DNA from: a bacterium
GTDB lineage: Bacteria > Hinthialibacterota > Hinthialibacteria > Hinthialibacterales > Hinthialibacteraceae
DNA length: 64,000 nucleotides
NCBI GenBank assembly: GCA_963662285.2
Contig: CAXXMV010000001.1
Span: forward strand, 128,001 to 192,000
Reading direction: 5' to 3'
Of the stretch, positions 51,620 through 60,133 are shown in pieces. Numbering within the stretch: position 1 is the first letter of the stretch; every line of letters starts with the position of its first letter. The notes below the pieces were generated by a model. The model did not search any database, was not told the DNA's origin, and worked only from the letters and a program-made list of their open reading frames with translations. The translations under genes were made by a program, and so were the position numbers.

Positions 51620-51726
51620 TCTTAACAATGCTGAGCGGTTCGTACCTTTGCTCCCTCGCTAAGCTTCGGGAGAACAAAAACACTCGATCGGAATCCCTAC
51701 GGGCATCGCTCAGCGCCGCATTATCT
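51620..51726 (+). other. attC site 1 (107 bp, core G mutated to A)
   Basis: TCTTAAC...GCTGAGCG...tttgctccc/gggagaacaaa...CGCTCAGC...ATTATCT forms an extended imperfect hairpin. Confidence 0.7.
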
Positions 51727-51732
51727 CCTAAT

Positions 51733-52746
51733 ATGATGCCACAAGAATATTCAGAAGATTTTGAGACTAAAAATGCAAACTTTGACCGACCCCATATAAT
51801 TTTGCTGGGCGCTGGTGCAAGTTATGCGGCATTTCCTAATGGGGATCGTAATGGTAATAAGTTACCTTTACTTAGAGATTTTGTGAATGTAATTGGCTTA
51901 GAAAAAGAAATGAAGGAAGCAAAAGTTTCTCCACCATATAAGGATTTTGAAAGCATCTATTCAGCAATACATTCTAATCCAGACTTAATACGAGTCAAAG
52001 AATCTATTGATAAGAAAGTTACCGACTACTTTTCAAACTTAGAATTACCCGATGAACCAACCCTGTATGATCACTTGGTTCTTTCTTTAAGGCCAAAAGA
52101 TGTAATCGCTACTTTTAACTGGGATCCTTTTCTATGGGATGCCCTTCATCGTAATCATAAATTTACAGAGGGCCCCTGTGCTCTTTTTTTACATGGTTCG
52201 GTAGCAATATCCAGGTGCCCTGCTTGTGAAATAGTGGTTTCTCGTAGCGCTATAAGATGCCATAAATGTGCTGTCGATCTTGAAAATATTCCCATTCTTT
52301 TCCCTGTAGACAAAAAAGAATATATAACAGATCCTGTTATTGCTGGTTACTGGCGTACTTTAAAAAGAGCCATGAAGATTGCTTGGGTATTTACCGTATT
52401 CGGTTATAGCGCACCAAAGACTGACGTGGAAGCTATAGCACTTCTAAAAGAAGGATGGGGTAGTGCTAATAATCGAGAGTTAGAACAGATAGAAATTATT
52501 GATATCGTAGATGAAGATGCTCTAATAAAATCATGGGAAGAGTTTATACATACTCATCATTATTCTGTTTTAGATGATTTTTATAAATCTTTTGTTGGTG
52601 AGCATCCTCGAAGGAGTTGCGAGGCGTATTGGAATCAAAATATGGAATGCATGTTTATAGAGCCTTACCCAATGCCTCATAATGTACAATTCAATGAACT
52701 TTATGATTGGTTACGACCTCGAATAAATGCTGAGAAAAAGAGATAA
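51733..52746 (+). CDS. SIR2-like (sirtuin-fold NADase) protein with CxxC/CxxC insert, candidate defence protein
   Basis: LLGAGAS, ATFNWD, LHGSV, CPAC...CHKC, FGYS. Start moved to MMPQ because the longer ORF runs through attC1. Confidence 0.82.
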   Translation: MMPQEYSEDFETKNANFDRPHIILLGAGASYAAFPNGDRNGNKLPLLRDFVNVIGLEKEMKEAKVSPPYKDFESIYSAIHSNPDLIRVKESIDKKVTDYFSNLELPDEPTLYDHLVLSLRPKDVIATFNWDPFLWDALHRNHKFTEGPCALFLHGSVAISRCPACEIVVSRSAIRCHKCAVDLENIPILFPVDKKEYITDPVIAGYWRTLKRAMKIAWVFTVFGYSAPKTDVEAIALLKEGWGSANNRELEQIEIIDIVDEDALIKSWEEFIHTHHYSVLDDFYKSFVGEHPRRSCEAYWNQNMECMFIEPYPMPHNVQFNELYDWLRPRINAEKKR

Positions 52747-52807
52747 CAAAGCGCTCGTTCGGACGCAAACTACTCTTCGCTTGCGCCGCACATCTTAAAC
52801 GTTAAGG
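52741..52807 (+). other. attC site 2 (67 bp)
   Basis: AGATAAC (contains the SIR2 stop) aaagcgctcgttcggacgcaa...ttgcgccgcacatcttaaac GTTAAGG, a typical attC layout. Confidence 0.85.
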
Positions 52808-52820
52808 AGGAATCACAGCC

Positions 52821-53861
52821 ATGAGCAGGCCGATCTTCATAAGTCATACCGTAGCGAACAAAGAGTTGGCCGATAAGTTTGTGGATCTCCTTGAGACCGG
52901 CGTCGGAATTCCCGACCGTGATATCTTCTGTTCGTCGTTGGAAGGCATGGGAATCCCAAGTGGCCGAAACTTCGTGGATTTCATTCGCGCCCAAATCAAA
53001 GAGCCACGTGTTGTGATACTCCTGCTGTCGCCACAGTATTTTGATAGCCAATTTTGCCTCTGTGAGCTGGGAGCTGCTTGGGTTCTTACCCACCAGCTCA
53101 TCCCACTGCTTGTCCCGCCTCTGGAGTTCAGTGACGTGAAAGCTGTTCTTACAGGAGTCCAAGTCCTCAAGATCAATGACGGTGCCGCGCTCAACCAAAT
53201 GCAGCAGGACTTGATTGATGGCTTGAGTATCAAGGGCAAAGCATTTGCCCGATGGGAGGCCAAGAGGAACAAGTTTTTGGAGTCTATTGAGGGAATCGAG
53301 AAGAGTAGCCCGGTTGCTTCTACAGTCAGCCGAAAAGAATATGACGAACTGAAGCAAAAGTATGATGGCGCTGTGTCCGAAATCGAGTATATGGGTGAAG
53401 AGATTGAGGAGAAAGACGGACTGATAGAGAAACTAAAATCTGCGAAAGACTCAGAGGATGTGAAGGCCATTGTCGCAGAATCTCTCAGCGAAAGAGAGCA
53501 ATTTGATGAGATTGTCTATCGGGCGAAGAACGCTCTGAAACCGTTGCCCTCAATTGTGGAAGAAGCACTGTATTACCATTTCCGAGATGAGTATCTCCCT
53601 TGGCCAAACCCGTTAGATAACGACCGAAAAGACGAAGTCAATCAGGCTATCGAGGAGGACTATTTGGAGGGCCGTGATGAAGGTGTCGAAGTGGTTGAGG
53701 AGGATCCTCGGATTGCCGGGGCCCGCTCGGAACTCTGGGAACTCCGGTCATTTGTGAGCAGTATTGACGAGGAATCAGAATTCAACGACTACTATTCAGA
53801 AACGTATAGTCACCGACTCAATTTCGAGTCGAGACGCTTTTGGGATACACATCTATTTTGA
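52821..53861 (+). CDS. TIR-domain protein with coiled coil and acidic C-terminal domain, candidate defence protein
   Basis: IFISH, IFCSS, GRNFVDFI, SPQYFDSQFCLCELGAAW (catalytic Glu). The AGGAGG RBS overlaps the cassette core site. Confidence 0.9.
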   Translation: MSRPIFISHTVANKELADKFVDLLETGVGIPDRDIFCSSLEGMGIPSGRNFVDFIRAQIKEPRVVILLLSPQYFDSQFCLCELGAAWVLTHQLIPLLVPPLEFSDVKAVLTGVQVLKINDGAALNQMQQDLIDGLSIKGKAFARWEAKRNKFLESIEGIEKSSPVASTVSRKEYDELKQKYDGAVSEIEYMGEEIEEKDGLIEKLKSAKDSEDVKAIVAESLSEREQFDEIVYRAKNALKPLPSIVEEALYYHFRDEYLPWPNPLDNDRKDEVNQAIEEDYLEGRDEGVEVVEEDPRIAGARSELWELRSFVSSIDEESEFNDYYSETYSHRLNFESRRFWDTHLF

Positions 53862-53905
53862 CCTTAACAATGCCTTACACCCGGACGGTGAAGGCCGCGT
53901 TCAGT
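53862..53905 (+). other. attC site 3 (shortened, 44 bp)
   Basis: CCTTAAC aat GCCTTACACC cggac GGTGAAGGC cgc GTT. The inner arms pair with one extra (extrahelical) base and the central loop looks deleted. Confidence 0.75.
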
Positions 53906-54032
53906 AAAAGAAGATGTAAAAGAAGAAGATGATGTTGATCTTGAAAAGGAAAAGAAAGAAGCAGAAAAAACAATTATCAAATACTGGAATGAAACAAAAT
54001 AAAATGGCCTAATCCGCGGTTCCACCTGCCCG
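53906..54032 (+). pseudogene. Remnant of a fourth cassette (gene 3' end plus left half of an attC)
   Basis: KEDVKEEDDVDLEKEKKEAEKTIIKYWNETK* ends at 54002, then GCCTAATccgcggttccacctg resembles an attC left arm with no right arm. Confidence 0.45.
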
Positions 54033-54198
54033 CTTCAACATCTTTTTAACCAATCAATAATTAGAAAATCGTTACTTTTATATAGTAGTGACAATTCTCC
54101 TTTTCTCATGGAAAAGGAAACCACTAAACAACGATATTATCATATCTCGGACTTCTTGGAGCAGCAGCTGAGAGAGATCAACCTGAAAGTCGAACATC

Positions 54199-54795
54199 TC
54201 ATTTTCCGGTTGCGGTATGAAGATCCACCAATCTGGATGAAACGCGATGAGAACAGAGAAAGCGATCAAGGTTGACGGTTTCCCCTTGCAGAACGGAAAC
54301 AACTGCGTCTTCTAATTCATTCTTCCAAGTTTCGATCCCCGATTCATTTATCTGAAAGACGCCGCCGTGATATTGAATGACTCCCTCTGAATCGAGTACA
54401 AAAACCTCCGGCGTAATTGTGGCTCCAAAATATTTCGCCGTTCCCCCCGAAGGATCTCGGTATATAGGGAAAATGATGCCGTTGTTTTGAGCGTACTCTC
54501 TGAGTTCATCACCGGTCTCTTCTTCATTGAAACAGAGGCCGACAAACAAGAATTCTTGTAAACGGTATTCGTTGTGTATGGTGATGACGGCGTCCAAAAC
54601 ATGATCGGTATACTCACAACGACTCGACAGGAAGACAATCGCTATCCCTTTTCGCTCGTTAAAATTATCAAGGGAAATGCTGGCACCGTTGATCGTTAAA
54701 ACATCGAAGGATTCAATGCGTCTTTCTTCAGCAGTAAAAGCATTGGGTATTGAAATAAAAAAGATAGCAATTGCGACCATGAGTGTCTGAAACAT
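54199..54795 (-). CDS. Secreted redoxin/thioredoxin-like (AhpC-TSA) protein, C-terminus possibly disrupted
   Basis: Signal peptide, VFLSSRC, FPIYRD, FGATITPEVFVLD, YHG. GGAG RBS before MFQT. Confidence 0.7.
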   Translation of the reverse strand: MFQTLMVAIAIFFISIPNAFTAEERRIESFDVLTINGASISLDNFNERKGIAIVFLSSRCEYTDHVLDAVITIHNEYRLQEFLFVGLCFNEEETGDELREYAQNNGIIFPIYRDPSGGTAKYFGATITPEVFVLDSEGVIQYHGGVFQINESGIETWKNELEDAVVSVLQGETVNLDRFLCSHRVSSRLVDLHTATGK

Positions 54796-55090
54796 AGCAT
54801 CTCCCAATTTGTCTTTTTCACATTTTCAATACATAATAGTATATTCAGACAACTTACTCAATTTTATATTCTTAGGTTATTACAGAAACATCCAGCTAAT
54901 CGAGCTGAAGCTCTATTCGGCCAGAAATTATTGAATTAGATAACATGCTGATTTGTATACAATTAAAGAAAATCCAAAAGCAGAGGATTAATGATTTTAG
55001 ATTCAATATTTTAAAAAAGAGTGGTCAGAAGGGTGGATAGCGATAAATAATAAATTTTAAAACAACACCATAAGTTCAATAAAATCTAAT

Positions 55091-55132
55091 AGCGGGAGAC
55101 GGGGTTCGAACCCGCGACCCTCAGCTTGGGAA
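55091..55132 (-). other. 3' half of tRNA-Gly(CCC), att-site-like fragment
   Basis: ttcccaagctgagggtcgcgggttcgaaccccgtctcccgct covers anticodon loop, T arm and acceptor 3' strand. There is no D arm or 5' half and no CCA. Confidence 0.8.
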
Positions 55133-55462
55133 TAAGGTCTCCCGGTGGTGGAATATGGAGGAATATCGTGCTAAATGACGTACTTTCAGACTCTTCTGAA
55201 GAGCACGAATCCGAAACATAGTTGACTTTGGAGCCCTTAGAGGGAACCGAAGGGTTCCCAAAAGGGTTCCTGGCAGAATCACTCAACATACTCGAAATAG
55301 AATTGTTATTTCGGGGTAGATTGATAAGAAATGTATATGGCCCTCAGCCTAACTAGCTGATGTCCTCTTTGATATGATCACTCTGGTCGTGTATCTTTTT
55401 AATATGAAGAAATTCCATTTTATATGCTGAAATTCTTTTCAAATCTATAACATTCTGAGATT

Positions 55463-55495
55463 AAAAAAGCCCTTCCAACAATTGATAGGGCTTTT
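55463..55495 (-). terminator. Probable terminator of the 57061-58476 gene, displaced by IS66
   Basis: aaaagccct...agggctttt stem with a T-tract on the minus strand. Confidence 0.5.
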
Positions 55496-55515
55496 CTATT
55501 TAACATTTAAATATC

Positions 55516-57047
55516 GTAACGATTTAGTCTTCTGAAAAAATAAATTACACCGAGCGTTACTTCAGGGGCGGTTTCGAAGTTTTATGTAGTATGAACCGAA
55601 ACAAGGAAACCGCGCAGAGAATTCTCCAGGAAATCCTGAAAGGCGTACGGGAACTGACCGAAGAGTCGATTCGCGATCTCATTCAGGAAGACCCGGAAGC
55701 AGCAGTTTTTCTCATTCTCGAACAGGCCCTCCGACTCAAGAAGGCTCTGGCGGCGCAACAAACCAAGAAAATCAGTACGCCATCCGGGATGGTTCCTCCA
55801 TACGAGAAAACCGCCAAAGAAAAAAAGGATAAAAAACGCGGGCGAAAACGGGGACATCCTGGAAGCGGGCGCAAGAAAAACACGAAAATCACGAATCGAG
55901 TACAGCATCCTCCACTGGAGCGATGCCCGGATTGCGGAGGACCCGTCACTCCTTGCCAGGGCGAAACCGCCAAACGAACCCGCGTGATCGAAGACATCCC
56001 GGCGAATATCGAACCGGAGGTCACCGAACACGAAATTCCCCGCTGTTATTGCCCGCACTGCAAAAAACTGGTGGAGCCCAAAGTCGAAGACGCGCTGCCC
56101 AACGCGCGATTGGGAAATCGGGCGCTGGCTCTGTCCGCCCATTGGCACTATGGACTGGGAATGCCCTCCCGGCAGATTGTCGACCTCCTGAGCGGACACC
56201 TAAACACCGTCGTCTCTCCGGGAGGATTGTTCGGTATGTGGAAACGCCTAGCCGATTGGCTGCAACCGTGGTGCGAGCAGTTGATTGATGAAATGCTGGA
56301 AAGCACGGTCCTGCATGCGGATGAGACAGGCTGGCGCGTCAACGGGAAAACGCACTGGCTCTGGTGTTTCACCAACCCGGATGCCACGTTTTACATGATT
56401 CATCCCAGCCGGGGCGATCCAGCGCTGTTCGAATTTTTTCGGGAGACCTTCGAGGGCGTTCTGGTAAGCGATTTCTGGGCGTGTTACGCGCACGTCGACT
56501 CGACGCATCAGTATTGCCTGGCGCATTTGTTGCGCGAATTCAAAAAGGTGGATGGAACCAACGCATCGGCGGTTTGGAAAGAGTTTTCCAAGAAAGCGAA
56601 GCGGCTGTTTGGCGATGCGCTTCGATTGTACCATCGGGAGGGATACGATCCCCAACGGTTTCAATCGCGCATCGACCGGCTCCACGAACGCTTGATTGAT
56701 TTGATGCTGATTCAATCTACAGACAAGGATGTCAAGCGGATCGCCAAACGCCTGGAAAAATACTGGGACGAACTGTTGGTCTTTTTGACTCACCCGGAAG
56801 TTCCTCCCACCAACAATCACGGCGAACGGGAAATTCGCCCGGCGGTGATTATGCGCAAGATGATTCAAGGAAACCAAAGCGAAGCGGGAGCGAAAACGCA
56901 GTCGATTCTGATGACGGTTTTTCGCACTCTCAAACGCCGCGGCTACAATCCGGTGGACGCGGTGGTGGATTCGCTGAAAACCGCCATCCGCACCGGTCAA
57001 TTGCCCCCTTTACCATTTCCACTGCCTTCAAACAACTAAATCGTTAC
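55516..57047 (+). mobile_element. Intact single-ORF IS66-family element (ISBst12-like organisation)
   Basis: 13-bp perfect TIRs gtaacgatttagt / actaaatcgttac and 8-bp TSD taaatatc at 55508-55515 and 57048-57055. Confidence 0.95.
55591..57039 (+). CDS. IS66-family DDE transposase
   Basis: STPSG, GRKRGHPG, CPDCG/CPHC Zn finger, HADETGW, VSDF, QYCLAHLLR, TNNHGEREIR. Confidence 0.95.
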   Translation: MNRNKETAQRILQEILKGVRELTEESIRDLIQEDPEAAVFLILEQALRLKKALAAQQTKKISTPSGMVPPYEKTAKEKKDKKRGRKRGHPGSGRKKNTKITNRVQHPPLERCPDCGGPVTPCQGETAKRTRVIEDIPANIEPEVTEHEIPRCYCPHCKKLVEPKVEDALPNARLGNRALALSAHWHYGLGMPSRQIVDLLSGHLNTVVSPGGLFGMWKRLADWLQPWCEQLIDEMLESTVLHADETGWRVNGKTHWLWCFTNPDATFYMIHPSRGDPALFEFFRETFEGVLVSDFWACYAHVDSTHQYCLAHLLREFKKVDGTNASAVWKEFSKKAKRLFGDALRLYHREGYDPQRFQSRIDRLHERLIDLMLIQSTDKDVKRIAKRLEKYWDELLVFLTHPEVPPTNNHGEREIRPAVIMRKMIQGNQSEAGAKTQSILMTVFRTLKRRGYNPVDAVVDSLKTAIRTGQLPPLPFPLPSNN

Positions 57048-57060
57048 TAAATATCAAGGT

Positions 57061-58476
57061 TTAGATTGTATAACCATTAAAATATTCGGGTTTGAGAAAC
57101 GGTTCTGCTCTATCGGTATTGGTTGCTTTCATGTTTTCACTATCCCAATAAAGTATCTCGCGTGTTCCAATTGCCGCGTTGCCAAGCATCGCCATTTCTG
57201 TTAAATACGCGCCATACTCAAAATTAGCGCTTGCCGGTTCGCCGCCTTTGCACGCATTAATCCAATCGCGCATATGGCCCTTCGAGCGCTTAATGGTCTT
57301 TGGTGGACGTTTATAATTTTCATTCAATGAATGAGGCAATAGAACTGGATCTCCCGCCCAACCAGGACACATTATCTTACCCTTGCTCCCACAAAACAGA
57401 ATCCCATTTCCACGGCCAACAAGTCTTTCTCTCGGACCGAGTTCTTCCGGTTTTGGCGGGTCCATTTCGGTGTACCAAGTCAATTTGACAGGAGGCTTAT
57501 TGGCTCGTGCCGGGAACTGATAATAGATGATATATGCCAGCGGGAAAGTGTATTTAGTAACACCATATTGCGTTGCCTGGACAGTGGTTGGTTGTCCCAG
57601 GTCAAGCGAATAAAATGCGGGATCGGCATTATGGCAGAAGAAATCGCCCATTGAGCCGGTGCCGAAATCCCACCAGCCGCGCCATGTATATGGCGTATAG
57701 TCGCTATGATAGGGACGTTTCTTTGCAGGACCAAGCCAGAGGTCCCAATCCATGCCTTCAGGAACAGTCATTTCTTCTGCTGGAAAACTATCACGACGAC
57801 CGACGCGAGCACGGCTATTTGTCCAGGCATGCACTTCCGTTACTTCTCCAATCACTCCATCGTCAATCCATTCTTTCGTAGCGCGAATCCCCTCACCGCT
57901 GTGGCCTTGGTTACCCAACTGGGTGGCGACACCATTTTTCTTTGCGCATTCAGCGATTTTACGGCATTCATAGACTGTGCGTGCAAGAGGTTTTTCGCAA
58001 TAAATGTGTTTACCAAGATTCATTGAATCGATCGCAATAACCGCGTGAGTGTGATCCGGTGTTGCAATGACGCAAGCATCAATCTCTTTCTCTTGTTCGA
58101 GCATCTTACGATAATCAAGATACTCCTTACATTTTGGATAATCCGTCGATTCGTAACGAGTGTTAACCATTTCCAATGCGGGGATACGGCCTGCTTTCCC
58201 TCGGTAGTAAAAGCGGCTGTAGTCATTGGTTGCAGAAACATCACATATCGCAACGATTCGGCAATCGTCTTCCCGAGTAATTGATCTCGTATGCTGTAAA
58301 CCGCGACCACCAGTTCCGATCATGGCAATGTTTAATAAGTCGCTTGGAGGAGTATTTCCTTCTCCACCAAGCACGTGCCGTGGCATAAACGCTATCGAAG
58401 AAAGCGCCACTCCACTGATTAATGCTTCTCGACGAGATATTTTATTGCTCGGTTCTTTGTTTTTATTCGATTTCAT
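57061..58476 (-). CDS. Tat-exported Gfo/Idh/MocA oxidoreductase (RBS separated by IS4)
   Basis: SRREAL, IGTGGRG, TPDHTH, CEKPL, WDFGTGSMGD. Confidence 0.9.
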   Translation of the reverse strand: MKSNKNKEPSNKISRREALISGVALSSIAFMPRHVLGGEGNTPPSDLLNIAMIGTGGRGLQHTRSITREDDCRIVAICDVSATNDYSRFYYRGKAGRIPALEMVNTRYESTDYPKCKEYLDYRKMLEQEKEIDACVIATPDHTHAVIAIDSMNLGKHIYCEKPLARTVYECRKIAECAKKNGVATQLGNQGHSGEGIRATKEWIDDGVIGEVTEVHAWTNSRARVGRRDSFPAEEMTVPEGMDWDLWLGPAKKRPYHSDYTPYTWRGWWDFGTGSMGDFFCHNADPAFYSLDLGQPTTVQATQYGVTKYTFPLAYIIYYQFPARANKPPVKLTWYTEMDPPKPEELGPRERLVGRGNGILFCGSKGKIMCPGWAGDPVLLPHSLNENYKRPPKTIKRSKGHMRDWINACKGGEPASANFEYGAYLTEMAMLGNAAIGTREILYWDSENMKATNTDRAEPFLKPEYFNGYTI

Positions 58477-58483
58477 AGTGGCC

Positions 58484-59995
58484 CACTACTGTCCCAACAT
58501 TTGAAACAAAAAATGCTGTAAGTATCTTAAATGCATGAGAATAGGTGCTCTCGTGAGCGTAATCGATTTGAAAACCATTTGGTCCGTGCCCCATAATTCC
58601 ACAAACGAGTGGAAGGAGAATGGGGTTGAATTCAGGCCAAACCGTCTTTTCTCAAATCATGGATTTCCTCCCGAAGCACGAATTTCGGCGATTCGTCAAA
58701 CGCTATCGGGGGCATTACAAAGTCAAATCGTTTTCCTGCATGGATCAGTACCTTTGTATGGCGTTCGCCCAACTCACGTATCGAGAAAGTTTGCGAGATA
58801 TAGAAGCGTGTCTTCGATCCGTGCCAAGCAAACTGTACCACATGGGCTTCCGAAGCATCGTTTCACGCAATACATTGGCCAATGCCAACGAACAACGCGA
58901 TTGGCGCATCTACGCCGACCTGGCTCAGGTTCTGATTCGACAGGCGCGCGAGTTATACGCGGGCGAGCCGACCTTCTCAGATCTCGACCAAACCGTTTAC
59001 GCGTTCGATGCCTCTACCATCGACCTTTGCTTATCTCTTTTTCCTTGGGCTCGATTTCGAAAGCGCAAAGCCGCCGTCAAACTCCACACGCTGATCGATC
59101 TGCGTGGCAACATTCCCGTGTTTATTCGGATAACCGATGGAAAAGTTCACGACGTCAATGCGCTGGACAACCTGGTTTTCGAACCCGGTTCGATTTATGT
59201 AATGGACCGGGGATATCTCGATTTCGCACGTCTATACCGCATCCATCAGCATCAAGCGGTTTTTGTCATCCGGGCCAAATCCAACATGCAATACCGCCGT
59301 TTGTATTCCCATCCCGTCGACAAGGCGACCGGATTGCGAAGCGATCAAACCATCAAACTCAAGGGATACTATCCCTCACAAGACTATCCCGACACGCTTC
59401 GCCGGATTCGGTATTTCGACGCCGTAAAAGAGAAGCATCTCACCTTTCTCACAAATCAGTTGACCTATCCCGCCCTCACGATAGCCGACTTGTACCGGAG
59501 TCGCTGGCAGGTGGAACTCTTTTTCAAATGGATCAAACAACACCTTCGCATCAAAGCCTTTTTCGGGACGTCCGAGAATGCCGTCAAGACGCAAATTTGG
59601 ATCGCCGTATCGGTTTACGTTCTCGTCGCGATTCTCAAGAAGCGGTTGAATTTGGAGACCAGCCTTTACTCCATCCTTCAAATCTTGAGCGTGACGCTGT
59701 TCGAAAAAAACTCTCTTCTCCAGTTATTTACCGAACCGGAAACGAAAATTCCCGGTCTCGACGATTTAGATCGCTTTCCTTTATTCGAAGATCTTTGAGC
59801 CATGTCCAAGAAGATTATTTTTTTCTCAGACGCAAATTGAATCCGTTTAATTTCTACACTTTTTGGCAACGTCGAAACGATGTAGAAACGCGAAAAAGGC
59901 CTATTTTCGGGCTTTTCGAAATGCAGTTTACACTTTTTCAGATACTGCATTTTGTAAATCCTTTAAAATCAATCACTAATACTGGGACACTAGTG
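58484..59995 (+). mobile_element. IS4-family insertion sequence
   Basis: TIRs cactactgtccc / gggacactagtg and 9-bp TSD atagtggcc at 58475-58483 and 59996-60004. Confidence 0.92.
58620..59798 (+). CDS. IS4-family transposase (DUF4372-type N-terminus plus DDE)
   Basis: SLRDIE, FDASTIDL, KLHTL, MDRGY, YRSRWQVELFFKWIKQHL (YREK motif). Confidence 0.95.
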   Translation: MGLNSGQTVFSQIMDFLPKHEFRRFVKRYRGHYKVKSFSCMDQYLCMAFAQLTYRESLRDIEACLRSVPSKLYHMGFRSIVSRNTLANANEQRDWRIYADLAQVLIRQARELYAGEPTFSDLDQTVYAFDASTIDLCLSLFPWARFRKRKAAVKLHTLIDLRGNIPVFIRITDGKVHDVNALDNLVFEPGSIYVMDRGYLDFARLYRIHQHQAVFVIRAKSNMQYRRLYSHPVDKATGLRSDQTIKLKGYYPSQDYPDTLRRIRYFDAVKEKHLTFLTNQLTYPALTIADLYRSRWQVELFFKWIKQHLRIKAFFGTSENAVKTQIWIAVSVYVLVAILKKRLNLETSLYSILQILSVTLFEKNSLLQLFTEPETKIPGLDDLDRFPLFEDL

Positions 59996-60133
59996 ATAGT
60001 GGCCATCTCCTAATATAGTTTAAGATTGCCTATGATGGTGATTAAACGACTGCCAGGATAAGCATCTTATTTATTTTCACAGAATTTCCTTATTGCTTAC
60101 TGAAGCCTTAATACATGGCAACTATACGAAAAA

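Larger units (their letters stand above)
49490..54032 (+). mobile_element. Integron gene-cassette array without adjacent integrase (CALIN): 3 complete cassettes plus 1 remnant
   Basis: Three co-oriented genes, each followed by an attC-like hairpin. Each cassette's first core site is complementary to its own inverse core (GTTAAGA/TCTTAAC, aTTATCT/AGATAAC, GTTAAGG/CCTTAAC). Confidence 0.85.

Noticed and set aside
51628-51732. N-terminal 35 aa of the 372-aa ORF
   Set aside because: It is a translation of the attC1 hairpin. The real start is probably 51733 or 51736.
47805-52746. Sir2-HerA (Nezha-like) defence system
   Set aside because: The ATPase is truncated, lacks Walker A, lies outside the cassette array and is separated from SIR2 by another cassette.
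51733-53861. Canonical Thoeris thsA-thsB
   Set aside because: No SLOG/Macro sensor is recognisable in the SIR2 protein, and an attC separates the two genes.
55091-55132. Functional tRNA-Gly gene
   Set aside because: The 5' acceptor strand and D arm are absent.
58535-60013. 492-aa ORF overlapping the IS4 transposase
   Set aside because: Alternative frame, Arg/Ser-rich with no motifs, and it runs past the IS end. Treated as a shadow ORF.
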